A stretch of 64,000 nt of DNA from Chiloscyllium plagiosum (Eukaryota), in contig NC_057758.1 of the NCBI RefSeq assembly GCF_004010195.1, forward strand, positions 2,046,029-2,110,028, in the 5' to 3' direction. This document shows, one piece after another, positions 62,560-64,000 of this stretch (positions are counted from its first letter, which is position 1; each line of letters begins with the position of its first letter). The translations under genes were made by a program, and so were the position numbers. The notes beneath the pieces are model-generated. The model saw only the letters and a program-made list of their open reading frames with translations. It had not been told where the DNA came from and did not search any database.

Positions 62560-63850
62560 GTCTTCTCCCTTATGTTCCATTAATTAAATATTTATCCAGT
62601 GCTTTCATATAGCGACATAATGTTGTAAACTCAAGTCCTCTTCAAAACGTTTTCACTAATGTTTGTGTCGCCAACAAAGTTTACAGTTCTATCTTCCATA
62701 CGTTTATCTGAATTATCCCTATATATTATAAGTAATGTATGCACTAGCAGTTTGCATAGTTGCATGATACTCACTACATATTTGCAAACTGAACGAAATT
62801 CATTTGTGCTTGCCCTGTTCTTCCAGTTCGCAACCGATTCTTCTCTTCGTCAAGTCAACCATCTGATAAATCTACGTTATGTTTTCATACATAGTCTCCA
62901 ATGTAACAACGTTCAGCTGGTCGATGAACAATGCAGAAGAAGGCGGAATGTGATCTACCATTTGCGTTTTGTGGTATTACTACTTTGCCAGTTGTTTGGG
63001 TATTCTTAAACAAAATAATTCCAAATGTTTTCAGTTTTAAGGAGTTCTGAAATTATTAATATGAGTCCATCAGTTTCACATGCCCTGCCAGTGAAAGCAT
63101 TCTGAAAAAGTAATGCTGTCAAGTCCTCTTCGAGTTTCATACATTTCAATACCATTATCTCTCATTTCTTTATCTCAATTCATTATGATATCTCAAATTG
63201 CATGATATAATTGTAATTCAGCTTCATCAGTCTTAAAATCGCCCTGGTCAATATGGTCTTAAATATGTTCCTGATTAAATAAATTTTATTACTGTTAAGA
63301 ATAGAGCTATGCAATGCATTTACAGCTGCACTGAGAGAAGATTTTGCATTCATTGTCGTATAATTTTAAGCTCTGTATTTCGCTAATTCGTTCTCCAAAC
63401 CTTTGGTTTTTTTTTCCCTCTGCTTTTCTGGTTTTCTTAAACTCGCTGCTCAGCCATGTGATTGCTCCATTCACATAATGTTTCTCTATTTTGATTGTAC
63501 TTGTACGATTGTTTCTCTTTAAACGTAACTACTCATCCAATATCACGGAGTTTCAACATGACTGACAAACAAACGTTTTGTTTCCGTTTACTCTTTGTTG
63601 TATTATGTTAATTTTGTTAAGTTGTGCCATTTCATTGTTTCGACTTTTTGCATTGTTCAGCATGAAATTATTTTGAGTTGGCCTTTGACGTTCCCTGCCC
63701 GATTTACCGTATTTGGCATATAAATATCAAAGCTCACAGCATTTCTGCGTTTATTAATAGCTTTTCCATGACACTGAACCGAATGTCCGAAATTCAGGTC
63801 GTTTGTTTCTTGGTCGCTTGTTTGTCTTAATAGAATGTTGAGAACAGTTT
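62560..63850 (-). pseudogene. Possible fossil large exon (helical or coiled-coil-like), unidentified
   Basis: Non-repeat and A-rich on minus. Protein-like pieces such as MVDHIPPSSALFIDQLNVVTLETMYENIT*IYQMVDLTKRRIGCELEEQ and MVLKCMKLEEDLTALLFQNAF are broken by stops and frameshifts. Confidence 0.3.
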
Positions 63851-64000
63851 TTCTTCTGATATTTTACAAAACTGGATGCGAAGTTGCATGTCAAGCTAGC
63901 GGACAATAAAAGTTACACTGAACTACAGAAATCAGAAGCAAAAATAGTGAAAGCTGCATTTACGCCTGTTGAACAGACAATCAGAAAGTGATACCAACAA

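Overview
Repeat-dominated vertebrate genomic DNA, almost certainly from an elasmobranch (shark or ray). The inference rests on tRNA-derived HE1-type V-SINEs that share 3' tails with CR1-clade (HER1-like) LINEs. I found no intact host protein-coding gene. Over half of the window is decayed CR1 LINE copies on both strands, including one near full-length copy (24198-28055) and one CR1 nested in another with a 7-bp target-site duplication (TSD). Other components are fragments of several Penelope-like element (PLE) families, Gmr1-type Gypsy remnants (RNase H followed directly by PPT and LTR, plus a separate gag piece), the 3' half of a class I endogenous retrovirus (integrase, gamma-type env, PPT, 546-bp LTR), a 500-N gap, and several non-repeat stretches that look like fossil exons. 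The most interesting non-coding signal is a set of minimal hammerhead-ribozyme motifs in the PLE terminal repeats. Each reads CUGAnGA, one extra nucleotide, stem II, GAAA, a palindromic 2-nt loop, then UH, and they occur in at least four sequence families. One 285-bp PLE insertion is a spacer-less ~123-bp-arm palindrome flanked by a 12-bp TSD, with a hammerhead motif on each strand. Family names come from motif recognition only; no database search was run, and boundaries of decayed repeats are approximate.
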